Shown here piece after piece: positions 1 to 9,772 of a stretch of 63,781 nt of DNA. Below the pieces are notes generated by a model that was not told the origin of the DNA, did no database searches, and was given only the letters and a program-made list of their open reading frames with translations. The DNA is from Candidatus Bathyarchaeota archaeon. GTDB lineage: Archaea > Thermoproteota > Bathyarchaeia > 40CM-2-53-6. Positions within the stretch are counted from its first letter, which is position 1. Each line of letters starts with the position of its first letter. Made by a program: the position numbers and the translations under genes. Where the stretch lies: NCBI GenBank assembly GCA_005882895.1, contig VBBD01000018.1, forward strand, positions 1 through 63,781. Direction: 5' to 3'.

Positions 1-87
1 ACCGGCCAGGTTGTCTGCAAGAAATGCGGACGCGTCAATACCTTTGGACTGTTCGCATGCCCATTCTGCGGCCAGACAGCCGGATAA
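1..87 (+). CDS. C-terminal fragment of a zinc-ribbon protein (5' end lies outside the window)
   Basis: The frame is open from the window edge and reads TGQVVCKKCGRVNTFGLFACPFCGQTAG*. It has two CxxC pairs. Confidence 0.4.
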   Translation, partial: TGQVVCKKCGRVNTFGLFACPFCGQTAG

Positions 88-200
88 TCCCGGCTACACT
101 GCTACAGCCTCCGCTATCCTCCAACTTCTGAGCCAAAAAACCGCCCCCGTGTAAGACTCAAGCCTAGGGCAGAGCGTAGCGAGAAAAAACCGACAGCTAC

Positions 201-701
201 CTACTGATGAGAGTTCTCGCTCTTATCCTGTTCAGGGTTTGTTCTCTTCAAAACTGGCATTGTTCCGGTGACAATAGTGGTTGGAACAACAGCCAGAGTC
301 CTGGTAGGGGGAGGACCAGGTGGAGCTTGCACGGGGCTGGACGGAGCCTGTTTGAACTCCACTGGCGGAAGGGGCTCCATGGATGCTTGGTGTGCCATGT
401 CTGCTTTGAGCGCGGCGACCATCGGATGGAGATCCAGACCCGGCATAGAACTCGACCCGACGCGAGCCGACGTTGGAACTTGCGGCTGAGTTACGAGGGC
501 TCCGATTTGCCTGTGGGTCGATTTCAGAACCTTGAAGAGTCCTAGAGCTACGCCCAGTCCGCTGATAATCGTCAGAACAGCGATTAGCGAGCCGTCAGCC
601 TGAAGCACATCGTTAACGTAGGCTTGCAAATAGATGTTGTTCAAGTATTCCTCGACGATCCAGGAGGAAAGTAGAAGGATCACCAGCATCTGCAAGATCA
701 T
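201..701 (-). CDS. Two-TM membrane protein, paralog 1 of a local family (juxtamembrane motif W-I-x-EY-x-NN-x-YLQ-x-Y)
   Basis: 166 aa ORF with TM1, the motif WIVEEYLNNIYLQAYV, TM2 and a Pro-rich tail. It aligns with ORFs 1272..1700 and 10867..11373. Confidence 0.6.
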   Translation of the reverse strand: MILQMLVILLLSSWIVEEYLNNIYLQAYVNDVLQADGSLIAVLTIISGLGVALGLFKVLKSTHRQIGALVTQPQVPTSARVGSSSMPGLDLHPMVAALKADMAHQASMEPLPPVEFKQAPSSPVQAPPGPPPTRTLAVVPTTIVTGTMPVLKRTNPEQDKSENSHQ

Positions 702-983
702 TATAGCCTTAGCGAATCCCGGAACAGTTCTTCCCGCGCTAAAATCAGCATTCTGAGACGTATAACAAACCCCTGGACGTATTCTCTCTCGTTCTCGAAG
801 AGGCCCCTGTGCTATGTCAAAGTGGTGAAACAGAGACTCCCGAAGCCCGGTACCTATTTTGCGCGAATATCTTATCCAGTATCAGCACACAACCCGTCTT
901 TAATTTGGCTAAGATCCCGTCAATATATCCTTCAGCCTTGACGATGATCATACTCGCTGGCTGTCACTCGAAACGTTCCCCCG

Positions 984-1262
984 ATGGCTCAGAGGGTTAA
1001 ATACGAAATGCGAAGCGAGACTCTCAGTTGTCTTAGCTTGCCTACTCCGAAGAAGTTGATGGAGCTTCAAGAAACAATAAACGAGGATCTGACAAAAGCG
1101 AGCCTCCCGGAGGTCAGAATTGGGGGTTTCAGGCTCCCGGACCAGGCTTTGGAGATCACCTTCGAGCGCGAGACGGTGACCGGGGAAAACCGAGATAGAC
1201 TCTGGGAGATCATAAACGCTCACTACAAGAAACTACTGAGAGAGCTTGAGCTCAAAGAGTAG
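984..1262 (+). CDS. Hypothetical protein (92 aa) between two paralogous membrane-protein genes
   Basis: The ORF has protein-like composition. I recognised no family. Confidence 0.4.
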   Translation: MAQRVKYEMRSETLSCLSLPTPKKLMELQETINEDLTKASLPEVRIGGFRLPDQALEITFERETVTGENRDRLWEIINAHYKKLLRELELKE

Positions 1263-1271
1263 TTTTCGAGG

Positions 1272-1700
1272 TTATTGCCGACCTTTCGACCGCTCGTTCC
1301 ATCTGAGTAGAGACCTATGTAATCGGCCTATTTCGTCAACTGGCTCGGCCTGTTTTATCTGCAGGACAGGCATGAGCGTTGACCTCTCTGAACGAGTGGG
1401 AGTCACAACCGTTCGATCCTCGACCTTTTCTGAGAGGTGTTCAATTTCCCCGAGAATATTCCCCGCCTTAAGAAGGATTCCGATCAGAGCCGTTCCAAGA
1501 AGCCCTCCGAAACCTACTACCGCGATCACCGACCCTCTTCCCTGAAACAGGCTGAACAGGTACATCTGAAGGTACTGGTTGTTCACGTACTCGTTGTAGA
1601 TCCAGGCCGACAAACCAACAATAATCATTGCCTGTAATAGAAGAACGATCCTCACAAACCTTGGAGTATCTCTCCAAGAACGTCCCATAACGCGCACCAA
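1272..1700 (-). CDS. Two-TM membrane protein, paralog 2 of the local family
   Basis: 142 aa ORF with the motif WIYNEYVNNQYLQMYL between two hydrophobic helices. Its tail shares the motif LMPVLQ with paralog 1 (MPVLK). Confidence 0.6.
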   Translation of the reverse strand: MVRVMGRSWRDTPRFVRIVLLLQAMIIVGLSAWIYNEYVNNQYLQMYLFSLFQGRGSVIAVVGFGGLLGTALIGILLKAGNILGEIEHLSEKVEDRTVVTPTRSERSTLMPVLQIKQAEPVDEIGRLHRSLLRWNERSKGRQ

Positions 1701-1932
1701 GATCGACTCTCTGATCTAGAGAGGCCTACACGTCTTATCTCAAATTCGTGGAACGCTAGCACTCAATCCATGGTACTTCCGGCAATCTGGACACGCCACT
1801 CTTTTCTTGATCTACTCTTCGAACTCGACTACAAGAGGGTTGAATTCGTTGAACCATGAAGGGCCTACCACGATCTCGTTTCGTACTCCATTCTCTCACA
1901 TCTAGACGACCGGAATGGATCTCCTCTCTTTA

Positions 1933-2235
1933 CTATAGGACTCTAGTGGCTGTTTTGCAGCCCTGGCAGTACTGATAGATAGCTAAGAGATCACCAGGCA
2001 CATGCTTGACAGCATCAGTCTGCACCAGAATGTTAGCTAGAGGCTTCCCGCAGACGAGATGAGGAACACCCTCTATGGTGAGAACGTCGATTCCTTGACC
2101 AGCTGTCTCAAGCTGTTTCACCAGCTCGTCCAAGGTCGCGACCCGAAATTCCTGAAAAGGCCTGTGAGTTAGATCGATTACCGGCTTGGGTTCCGGTAGA
2201 ACCGGCACGCCCGAACGAGTTGCGACCTGTCGCAA
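1933..2235 (-). CDS. Hypothetical protein (100 aa)
   Basis: The ORF has balanced composition. I recognised no family. Confidence 0.4.
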   Translation of the reverse strand: MRQVATRSGVPVLPEPKPVIDLTHRPFQEFRVATLDELVKQLETAGQGIDVLTIEGVPHLVCGKPLANILVQTDAVKHVPGDLLAIYQYCQGCKTATRVL

Positions 2236-2345
2236 AAGAGCTCACTCAAGTCCATGGATACGGCTCTAGCTTAAGCGTAAAGTAACCGAACCGATGTTGG
2301 CCCAAGTTTATCCCATTCAGATCTCTATTCGGGATAGAACACTGA

Positions 2346-3338
2346 TCAAGACGGGCCTGTCTGGAACAGGTAATTGCTCACGTAGGTGTTCAATCCGTGA
2401 AAAGAGTATGGCTGGAAAGTACTCGTCAACGTCAACTTGGAGGAGCACTGGGCGTAGACCAACGAGCTTGAGTTCGGAGGCACGTACTCGCCGATACATA
2501 TCCATGCCGATTGGATCGTTGAGCCGACCATCGAATATGTAACCTGTTTCATCGATGTTTCAGATGGGCTCGGATGGTACCACTCGGTCATCAAACTCGT
2601 AGGAGTACGAGAGTTAGTCGCGCTTGTGGCCCCCAAGAAGTTCGTCCCTTTCTCGGCAGTGTAACTGTGACTCGAACTCGCGGCAGTGTTGTAATCGCTA
2701 GCCAACATTACAACGTTGCCGCTGGCGAACGATAGGCTCAGTTGAATGGTATCACCCTGGTTGACATTGTCCGGGATCCTCGACAAGACAGGATTGTTTG
2801 TCGTTCCATTCGGCGCGAAAACTTCCCAGATGAAATGGAATCCTGAATCATAGCCACTCCCGGAGGCCAAGGGCCAGTTGTACGCTAGGCCAACCTGGTA
2901 CCAATAACCTGTGTCAGATAGGCCGTTGAGGAGGTAGGCGGGACCATAACCGGCCGAGTCAGTTTGAGCTACGGCGGTCACGTTGTAGTCCAGCGCTTGA
3001 AAGTTTTGGGTAAAGATCATTGACACCTGCTGGTCATACGTGGCCTTCCCTGCCGTTGTGGGAAAGGTGGAGTTCGTGCAGAGCGCTGGGTCGAGGCAAG
3101 TGAGATTCCGCAGAACACTCCGGGCATCATCGTACAGCCGCGTCACCGCGGGAACCAAGATCCCCGTGGCGAAGAGGCTTCCGGCCACGAGAAGCACGAT
3201 TAGGCCAATCGCGGCGCCGATATGCTTCGAAGGAGAAGAGCTCGTTCGCGGTGAGCCTGTCCAGTCCAGCCTTGTCCCACAGTATGGGCAGAAACTACTG
3301 GAGTCTTGCAGTTCCCCGTGGCATACCGGACACTTCAT
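2346..3338 (-). CDS. Membrane-anchored protein: N-terminal zinc ribbon, one TM helix and a beta-rich extracellular domain
   Basis: The sequence starts MKCPVCHGELQDSSSFCPYCGTRL, then has a TM helix (AAIGLIVLLVAGSLFATGILV), then a Ser/Thr/Asn/Tyr-rich domain of about 260 aa. Confidence 0.7.
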   Translation of the reverse strand: MKCPVCHGELQDSSSFCPYCGTRLDWTGSPRTSSSPSKHIGAAIGLIVLLVAGSLFATGILVPAVTRLYDDARSVLRNLTCLDPALCTNSTFPTTAGKATYDQQVSMIFTQNFQALDYNVTAVAQTDSAGYGPAYLLNGLSDTGYWYQVGLAYNWPLASGSGYDSGFHFIWEVFAPNGTTNNPVLSRIPDNVNQGDTIQLSLSFASGNVVMLASDYNTAASSSHSYTAEKGTNFLGATSATNSRTPTSLMTEWYHPSPSETSMKQVTYSMVGSTIQSAWICIGEYVPPNSSSLVYAQCSSKLTLTSTFQPYSFHGLNTYVSNYLFQTGPS

Positions 3339-3435
3339 ACACGATCACCTTTGGAGCTGGGTGCCTTAGCTTTTCTGTTCCCTCGGGGCGTGAGGGTTAT
3401 GAAATCGAAAGCCTTTTTCACGGAGGACCACGTTT

Positions 3436-3810
3436 TTGACATTGCGTTCCCGGTTGAAATCAGACAACATCTTTCCAGCTTTGAAGAAGAACAAGGAGAT
3501 CGAGCTGACCGTTACAGGCCGAAGGACCGGAAAGCCCCTTCCCCGTCCTGTCTGGTTCGTTCTCAGAGGAACGGAGCTCCTGCTACTACCTGTCACAGGC
3601 ACAGATTCTCAGTGGTACAAGAACGTCCTCGTCAATCCGCTGGTAAAGATTAGCGCAGGCCAACAATCGTTCAATGGCAATCTCCGCGTGATAACCGAGA
3701 AGCGGCGGATTGAGGAAGTCATCGACCTGTTCAGAGGAAAGTACGGTCCTTCTGATATCAAGAAGTACTATCCGAAACCGAACGTAGCGGCTTCCTTATC
3801 GATTAGCTAG
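3436..3810 (+). CDS. Nitroreductase/deazaflavin-dependent oxidoreductase family protein (DUF385-like, split-barrel)
   Basis: The segment GRRTGKPLPRPVWFV...DSQWYKNVLVNPLVKI...EKRRIEEVIDLF matches the characteristic G-R-x-G...WYxNl.anP pattern of this family. Confidence 0.65.
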   Translation: MTLRSRLKSDNIFPALKKNKEIELTVTGRRTGKPLPRPVWFVLRGTELLLLPVTGTDSQWYKNVLVNPLVKISAGQQSFNGNLRVITEKRRIEEVIDLFRGKYGPSDIKKYYPKPNVAASLSIS

Positions 3811-3912
3811 CTACCCCGTTCAATGCTTGCTTTGAGTCAGAATCGGACAAGTCCGACTGTACTATCGATCGTCCAGAGCACACTTGTCTCGTTTCCGTGG
3901 AAAAATCGAGCT

Positions 3913-4047
3913 TCAAGCCCCGAACCGCAGCCCGAGCATCGGGCCAAACAAGAAAACTATCAACATGAAAATCGCAGGGAAGACTCCGAGCATTATTAAC
4001 AGAATGATCTTGCCAGATGTACCTTCATCACGCTCTCGCCGAGTCAT
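3913..4047 (-). CDS. Small hydrophobic protein (44 aa), absent from the ORF track because it is under 60 aa
   Basis: Reads MTRRERDEGTSGKIILLIMLGVFPAIFMLIVFLFGPMLGLRFGA*, a charged N-terminus followed by one TM helix. The 60-aa plus-strand ORF 3884..4066 looks like its shadow. Confidence 0.3.
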   Translation of the reverse strand: MTRRERDEGTSGKIILLIMLGVFPAIFMLIVFLFGPMLGLRFGA

Positions 4048-4133
4048 CGATGACGAGACTACCTGAAACGAGCGCTAAAAACCGTTACCCCTAGACAGTT
4101 AGGGGAGAAAAAAATCCGAGCTCGACTGGCTTA

Positions 4134-4931
4134 GTGGACGTTCCCGGGAAGCCTAAAGGATTTGAAAGGCTCCGGTTTGCCGACAGTAGACCATTTTTGA
4201 GCTTGAGCGATACGATATTCACCTTTGCACTGAACCTGCTATCCCAATGGGGCTACACTGGAGTCTTCCTGTTGATGATCCTTGAAGGCGCGACCCTTCC
4301 GGTTCCAAGCGAAATCATCCTCCCAGTGACCGGGTTCCTGGTTTACAATCACACTCTAGAGTTTTGGCCCGCTGTCGCCGCGGCCTCACTAGGAGGACTC
4401 CTTGGAACAATGATCGACTTCAGCATCGGGTACTATTTGGGGAGACCGGCGGTGCTCAGATACGGCAGGAAGATCAGGCTGAGCGAGCGACATCTTATGA
4501 TTGCTGAGGGCTGGTTTGCCAAACACGGCAGCGCAGCAGTCTTGCTGGCAAGATTCGTCCCCCTCCTTCGAACATTGATAGCGTTTCCGGCAGGGGTCGC
4601 CAAGATGAAAATTCCCAAGTTCCTCGCCTTCTCCACCATTGGCATAGTCATCTGGGACATCATACTCATCTACCTTGGTTTTCTCGCCGGCCAGAACTAT
4701 AGCTCCATTGTTGGCAGCCTGGACGCGACCCTGCCGATAATCGGCTACGCCGCCCTAGGCGGGATCGTACTTGCTTTGTTGCTTTTGGCCAGGAAAAATC
4801 GAGGGAAGCCGAACCCGGACTCGGACACTCTCCCAAACCTAGGCATGATGATGACCCGGTTCGAGGCGGATAGACCTAACTATGGCATCAGCCAAGCTTG
4901 TCCGGTTTCTTACGACAACGGAAAAAGCTAG
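4134..4931 (+). CDS. DedA/SNARE-associated family membrane protein
   Basis: Contains GYTGVFLLMILEGATLPVPSEIILPVTGFLV and RFVPLLRTLIAFPAGVAKM, which are typical DedA motifs. GTG start. Confidence 0.85.
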   Translation: MDVPGKPKGFERLRFADSRPFLSLSDTIFTFALNLLSQWGYTGVFLLMILEGATLPVPSEIILPVTGFLVYNHTLEFWPAVAAASLGGLLGTMIDFSIGYYLGRPAVLRYGRKIRLSERHLMIAEGWFAKHGSAAVLLARFVPLLRTLIAFPAGVAKMKIPKFLAFSTIGIVIWDIILIYLGFLAGQNYSSIVGSLDATLPIIGYAALGGIVLALLLLARKNRGKPNPDSDTLPNLGMMMTRFEADRPNYGISQACPVSYDNGKS

Positions 4932-5222
4932 AACGGCTGAAGAACTCGTCCAGTGCGACGCCATCTGCCCAAAGCACGATGCACAATGTGAACTCAAAGG
5001 GTATCAACAAGCCTCCTATCGCTTCCACGGCCACAAGGATGCCGATGGTAAGATGTGCATCTGGCCGAAGACCGTACCGATCTGAGAGAGCCGAACGGGA
5101 TCGTGAGGCCCACGTGAGAGAGGGCACTAGTAGCGACCCCTCCCGGGTCTGGTTACAGGACCCGTAAGGTCGCGAACCGCGATAGAATACTACAAGGGTT
5201 GAGCTCGGAGGAATGCAACACG

Positions 5223-6317
5223 ATGCTATCCAAGAAGCGGGTCCCTCTCAAAGCCCTACTTCTGCTCGTAACCTTCGCGTTCGGCTCGTTCACCGTTAGC
5301 GGAACTGTTCTCCCTTTCACCATTAGTGATGCCCACAAGACCACGGGCAGCTTCGTGTTGACAATCAGCCCGTCCGTACTCAACATCCCACAGGGCATGA
5401 ACGCTACCTCGACCGTCACCATTCTAAGCACTCAGGGTTTCGCTGGAACTGTAGCACTTACTGCACAGGTTGCTAGCGGAATCGCCGTAGTCTTCAATCC
5501 TAGCGGAGTCAATGTGCCGGTTGGAGGAACCGCGACCTCGATAACCACTGTACAAGCCGCTAAGAACGCCTCTATCGGAACGTACGATATCATTGTGACT
5601 GGGATGGCTGTAGCTGGAAGGAAGGTCCTTAGTAGCTCAGCTCTATTGACAGCCACGGTCAATCCGCAAGGCGACTTTGGGGTGTACGCTTATCCCTACT
5701 CGATTACCGTCATTGCTGGGTTCACCAATTCGACAAGTATCATCCTCTATGGCCGGAATGGCTTCAATGGCTCGGTGACGCTCTCTGCAACCGTGCCATT
5801 CGGATTTCTAGGAGTGATGGGAGGTCAAAACCCGGTAAAGCTTACCTCAGGAGCTACGAGTAATACGAGCTTACTAGTATCAACTACAACGTCTACAGTA
5901 CCTGGAAAATACAATGTCACCATAACAGGATCAAGCGGAACCGTCAGCCACTCATGTATCCTGACGGTCGATGTTGTGGACCCGTCTCCAGAATTATTGA
6001 CCCTATCAGGAGTCACCAATAAGTTCCCCACCAACTTGACCCTGTCTCTACGCAATAACGGCAATACCCCAATGACGCTTCAATCTTACAGTGTGACGGA
6101 CATTTCGGGGGACATGTGGACCCTTGCGAATTGGACGGGGCCTACCCTTTCACCGGGAAGTACTAGTCCTGCAGTAATCTCGATTGGCTCCAGTTGCAAC
6201 GCGTGCGCTTACAAGGGAATAATTGATCTCTTCCAACAATTCGTTCCAACCCACACCTACCTTATTACAATCACCACGAAACTGAACACCCAGTTCACAT
6301 TCACGATAGTCTTCTAG
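5223..6317 (+). CDS. Secreted/cell-surface protein with repeated Ig-like beta domains
   Basis: Signal-like N-terminus MLSKKRVPLKALLLLVTFAFG (internal ATG of ORF 5199..6317). It has repeated modules of the form 'ISPS.L.I..G.N.T..VTI....GF.G.V.L.A' and many NxT/S sequons. Confidence 0.7.
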   Translation: MLSKKRVPLKALLLLVTFAFGSFTVSGTVLPFTISDAHKTTGSFVLTISPSVLNIPQGMNATSTVTILSTQGFAGTVALTAQVASGIAVVFNPSGVNVPVGGTATSITTVQAAKNASIGTYDIIVTGMAVAGRKVLSSSALLTATVNPQGDFGVYAYPYSITVIAGFTNSTSIILYGRNGFNGSVTLSATVPFGFLGVMGGQNPVKLTSGATSNTSLLVSTTTSTVPGKYNVTITGSSGTVSHSCILTVDVVDPSPELLTLSGVTNKFPTNLTLSLRNNGNTPMTLQSYSVTDISGDMWTLANWTGPTLSPGSTSPAVISIGSSCNACAYKGIIDLFQQFVPTHTYLITITTKLNTQFTFTIVF

Positions 6318-6367
6318 AGATACACAGATCGCACCCGAAACATAAGACGTCGAAAAAAGTCCGGGTC

Positions 6368-6619
6368 TCAATCGGTCCCGCTAGTTTTTGCCACTCGCGA
6401 TAGTGAGGCCGGTGCGTGCTGGCGGAGATACAAAAGCTGTGATCGAGCGCCTGTAAGAACTAGTTTTCGGATGAAGTCTGCCTTTGAGATAACCCCTTCT
6501 CGGTTGCGATGATCCTCGTAGAGCGCGTCAACTATGGCCCAATCACTTTCGTCAAGTTTGATCTGCTTGGAAAAAGGGGACCAATCCTTGCTCGCCTTCG
6601 TGTCCGACATTGCTGACAA
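6368..6619 (-). CDS. Small DNA-binding protein, ribbon-helix-helix-like
   Basis: 83 aa. The segment KQIKLDESDWAIVDALYEDHRNREGVISKADFIRKLV fits a beta-strand plus two helices. Confidence 0.45.
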   Translation of the reverse strand: MSAMSDTKASKDWSPFSKQIKLDESDWAIVDALYEDHRNREGVISKADFIRKLVLTGARSQLLYLRQHAPASLSRVAKTSGTD

Positions 6620-6812
6620 CTTACCCGGTCAGAATATCCTCTTTAGGCTATAGTTACCGACCACTTCTCGTCGAGATACCAGCTCTAGATTGAGGGTAGA
6701 GATCGTTCAACGTATCCCTGTTTCGCTCTTAAGACAACTTAGGGCCATCATCCTAGTTGAGCGATAACCTGACCGTTGTCGATGGTCTGCAGGAAGGGCT
6801 CTACAGAACTGT

Positions 6813-7076
6813 TTATTGTTTTTTCTTCAGTTTCGGCAAAACCACGACGGGAAGGCTGGGCGTTCGGGCTCTCGATCTTGAACTCTTTTTGCGGTGTCTC
6901 TCCGATTGGCTTTCTCCCCCATCGTGCTTCTCGACGATCTTCAGCCAGTCGGGTATGACTATTGCCCGGATCAATTCCTGCACTGTGATGTCCCTCTCGT
7001 CAGCGATCTTCCGCAGCTTCGTGTAGGCAGCGTCTCCCAGAGACTGCATGAACTTAGACAGATAGGTAGCCTCCAA
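6813..7076 (-). CDS. Small DNA-binding protein, CopG/RHH-like, with a basic tail
   Basis: 87 aa. Contains AYTKLRKIADERDITVQELIRAIV followed by a Lys/Arg-rich C-terminus. Confidence 0.5.
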   Translation of the reverse strand: MEATYLSKFMQSLGDAAYTKLRKIADERDITVQELIRAIVIPDWLKIVEKHDGGESQSERHRKKSSRSRARTPSLPVVVLPKLKKKQ

Positions 7077-7468
7077 CTAGCGTTGCCGTTATTATTTGCA
7101 GGAACCTCGATTCTGATATGGCAATTCGGCGCAATATAAGGCCGAGCACCCGTATCATAGATCTACTAACCTTTTACGACATAATGATTCCTCGGGATAT
7201 ACATTTCAATCTGGGGGGTTTATGGTCGAATTGTCTACCAGGGCTAAGGTTTCGCTAACTTCAGACGGAACCGCAAACTCGCCGCTGTTCGTGTCAACGC
7301 CTGGTCTAACCCCTCGGAGAGGCTATACGATACTTGTCCTGGCGGCAAGCGGGACAGTCTCGCACTCTCTCTAGCGATTGGTTTGACCGTGCAGTGATCA
7401 TGATATTCCTCTAACTGCGTTATTGCGGAGTCTTAGCAAGGAACAGGGTTGCAGCGGCATCTACAAAT

Positions 7469-9772
7469 TTACTTGGCTGGGGCGGGAGGTGTCACGTCTC
7501 GGATGTTTGCCGAGTAGAGACCTACACTGCTGGCTTGCAGAAAGATCGTGAAGGTCACCTGGTTAGGAACTGCCCAGCCTTGAGCCTGCCAGACCTGGTT
7601 TGTATCAATGGAAACAGTTGTCCAAGCGGAAGCAGCGATGGGAACTATTGTTGTGGCGTTGTATCCTGAGGCCGAGAACGTAGGTTTCGCGGTGGTATTG
7701 GAGAAGATGTAGGACAGTTCGTGGGCGCCGTCTGTCACCACTATCCCGAGGACAGCCCCCGTGCCGGTGCTTGTCGCTACAGGGTCGAACAGGGAGAGGT
7801 TTACTGTGGTAGCGTTGAGGAGAATCTTCTGGGAGACCATTATCCTTTCAGGATTGATCGCCGGCGTAGAATAGTTGAGCTGTAGGCTAATCCCCGTTGT
7901 TTTGTTCTCGTCCAATCCTTGAATCACTGAGGCGAACTGGTCGACGTTGATCTTGGTCAGCTTCCAACCAAATGGTACCTTGGTTCCCGCCCCAAGATCC
8001 AGAGTCCACCATTTGAAGCGGTGGTTTGCAAGAGTTGGAACGAGAATGTTTGGGGTGAGCGCAAGAGACTGGCCTACGAGGTTTCCAGTGGTTGCATCGA
8101 ATACGTATACCCGGAAGCTGGTCGATCGCGGGATCGCTCCCACGCCGTCTGTAGCCGTCACGATGTAGGAGGCACTGGACATTGGTCCAAGTGTCCTGGT
8201 TGAGTTCGACGACCACAGAAATGGGAGGTATAACCAGTAGACGAAGAATGATGGGGTGATGGGTTTGGGTGTCTGGTTGTCGAGCGTTAGGTTCAGAAGT
8301 GTTGCAGCACCTATTCCGTCAGGATCTGATACCGAGTTTATCCGGACATCGAGCCTGGAGGGCGGTGAGCTGGAAACGTAGACTCCATAGGCACCAACGA
8401 ATATCGTCGTAAGCAGCAAGCTTGCAAGGAGAGGAACTCTTAGCCTCACGCGCAGCGAGTGCAAACCGACAGCTATTGTCGGGCGCAAGGCAATGCCCTT
8501 GAACGGCGAAAAGTGCCAGATCGCTAGAGCGGGTCTATTTCTGAAGAATTCTAGCACCAGCGGAAGCGACCAGTAGAAGATGTAGTTTGGAAATGATCGG
8601 TAGTAGAAGAACAAGATCATGACGGGGAAGATCCAGACATAGTATCTTGATTTCGAGTATCGCGTTGCGTAGAGAAAGAGCGAGCCGATGCCAACCAGCC
8701 CCATCAGGGCGACGAAGAAGAGAGGCGGAGGCGATATCCCCGCGCGGAGGAGAATCCCGGAGAGCCCGATTCCCCCCGGGATCTCCACTACGCCGCCTGG
8801 TAGGTAGGGGACGATTGTCGCCGCCCACCACTGAGATGGCGAGGAGAGCATGAAGGGGATGTTTGGGCCGATGAAGCCGGTCACCATCGCAGCGGTGCCG
8901 ACTAGAGTTTTTCTCAGCTTTGAGCTGGGGGATTCTTGCCAAAGACGAATGATGAGAAATGGGGCTGCGACGAGGGCGATTTGTTTCGTGGCTCCTGCCA
9001 GCCCTACCATTAGGAGGCCCATGTTCCGGTTTCGATACCAGAGGACCGTCCCTGCTAGCAGGAAGAACGCCCAAACGCTGTCGGTCCAGCTTGACGCAAC
9101 GAATGCGGGAAAGAAAACGAAGGGAGCGAGACTCAGTGCTTTCTGACGAGAAGGAACAAGCCCGAAGATCACGAGGACTGACACGATGTGAAAGACGAAG
9201 ACGCCATCACGCAGATCGTGTAGTCCCACGGCGTAGAGGGGGAGGAGCGAGAGGAAGTTCAGGGCAGGGTAGTTGAGGTGAAACTCGAACGAGCCGTCGA
9301 CTCTAGGTGTGTAGAAAGATGGGGAAAAACTGAACTGGTCGAGGAAGGGCTTGATGGAGTAGCCGTAGGGGTTCTGAAACGCTAGAACTTTCAGGACTCC
9401 CATGTAGGAACCGACTATGCTGTCGGTCATGTAGGTGACCCAGAGGATTCTTGTAAACAGCAAATAAAGTACAACGGTGGCGCAGAGGTGTCCTGAAAGC
9501 GAGAGAAGGTTTGACCGGCTAAGCGACAACTGTTTCCTCCGCGAGTTTAACAGGTTGAACGCTCCGAACAGGAACAAGGGAATCGCGAGAACGAGGAAGA
9601 GGCTGGAGATGAGAACGATCAACAGCCCAACGGATACAAGGAAGGCCCCCGAGACGAGCAGTCCGATCCTCGTCCCCCTTCCGGCCGGGGTGGATGGGTC
9701 CTGGCTTAGGCCTAGGAGGCGGCCTGCACGTGTCCTAAGGAGATGAGAAATGCGACGGACGGGAATAATCAT
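7469..9772 (-). CDS. Large polytopic membrane protein, putative GT-C type glycosyltransferase, with a C-terminal extracellular beta-rich domain
   Basis: 767 aa. The N-terminal ~470 aa contain roughly a dozen predicted TM helices (YPALNFLSLLPLYAVG, FLIIRLWQ). The C-terminal ~300 aa are Thr/Ser/Asn-rich with many NxT/S sequons. Confidence 0.65.
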   Translation of the reverse strand: MIIPVRRISHLLRTRAGRLLGLSQDPSTPAGRGTRIGLLVSGAFLVSVGLLIVLISSLFLVLAIPLFLFGAFNLLNSRRKQLSLSRSNLLSLSGHLCATVVLYLLFTRILWVTYMTDSIVGSYMGVLKVLAFQNPYGYSIKPFLDQFSFSPSFYTPRVDGSFEFHLNYPALNFLSLLPLYAVGLHDLRDGVFVFHIVSVLVIFGLVPSRQKALSLAPFVFFPAFVASSWTDSVWAFFLLAGTVLWYRNRNMGLLMVGLAGATKQIALVAAPFLIIRLWQESPSSKLRKTLVGTAAMVTGFIGPNIPFMLSSPSQWWAATIVPYLPGGVVEIPGGIGLSGILLRAGISPPPLFFVALMGLVGIGSLFLYATRYSKSRYYVWIFPVMILFFYYRSFPNYIFYWSLPLVLEFFRNRPALAIWHFSPFKGIALRPTIAVGLHSLRVRLRVPLLASLLLTTIFVGAYGVYVSSSPPSRLDVRINSVSDPDGIGAATLLNLTLDNQTPKPITPSFFVYWLYLPFLWSSNSTRTLGPMSSASYIVTATDGVGAIPRSTSFRVYVFDATTGNLVGQSLALTPNILVPTLANHRFKWWTLDLGAGTKVPFGWKLTKINVDQFASVIQGLDENKTTGISLQLNYSTPAINPERIMVSQKILLNATTVNLSLFDPVATSTGTGAVLGIVVTDGAHELSYIFSNTTAKPTFSASGYNATTIVPIAASAWTTVSIDTNQVWQAQGWAVPNQVTFTIFLQASSVGLYSANIRDVTPPAPAK

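Noticed and set aside
4882-5167. Three mutually overlapping small ORFs after dedA, including a Cys/His-containing 67-aa ORF (4882..5085).
   Set aside because: I could not discriminate between frames by eye. I saw no recognisable motif spacing for a Zn-binding fold, and the 67-aa ORF overlaps the dedA 3' end. I left the region unannotated.
7222-7374. A 50-codon plus-strand ORF (MVELSTRAKVSLTSDGTANSPLFV...) preceded by a GGGGGG tract in the 390-bp gap at 7077..7468.
   Set aside because: It is short, has no recognisable domain or hydrophobic segment, and I could not assess conservation. That is too weak to call.
8535-9276. Arg/Pro-rich ORFs nested in the 767-aa membrane protein gene on both strands (8535..9074 minus, 8959..9276 plus, and others).
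   Set aside because: These are alternative-frame shadows of a GC-biased, hydrophobic-protein-coding region. The composition is not protein-like.
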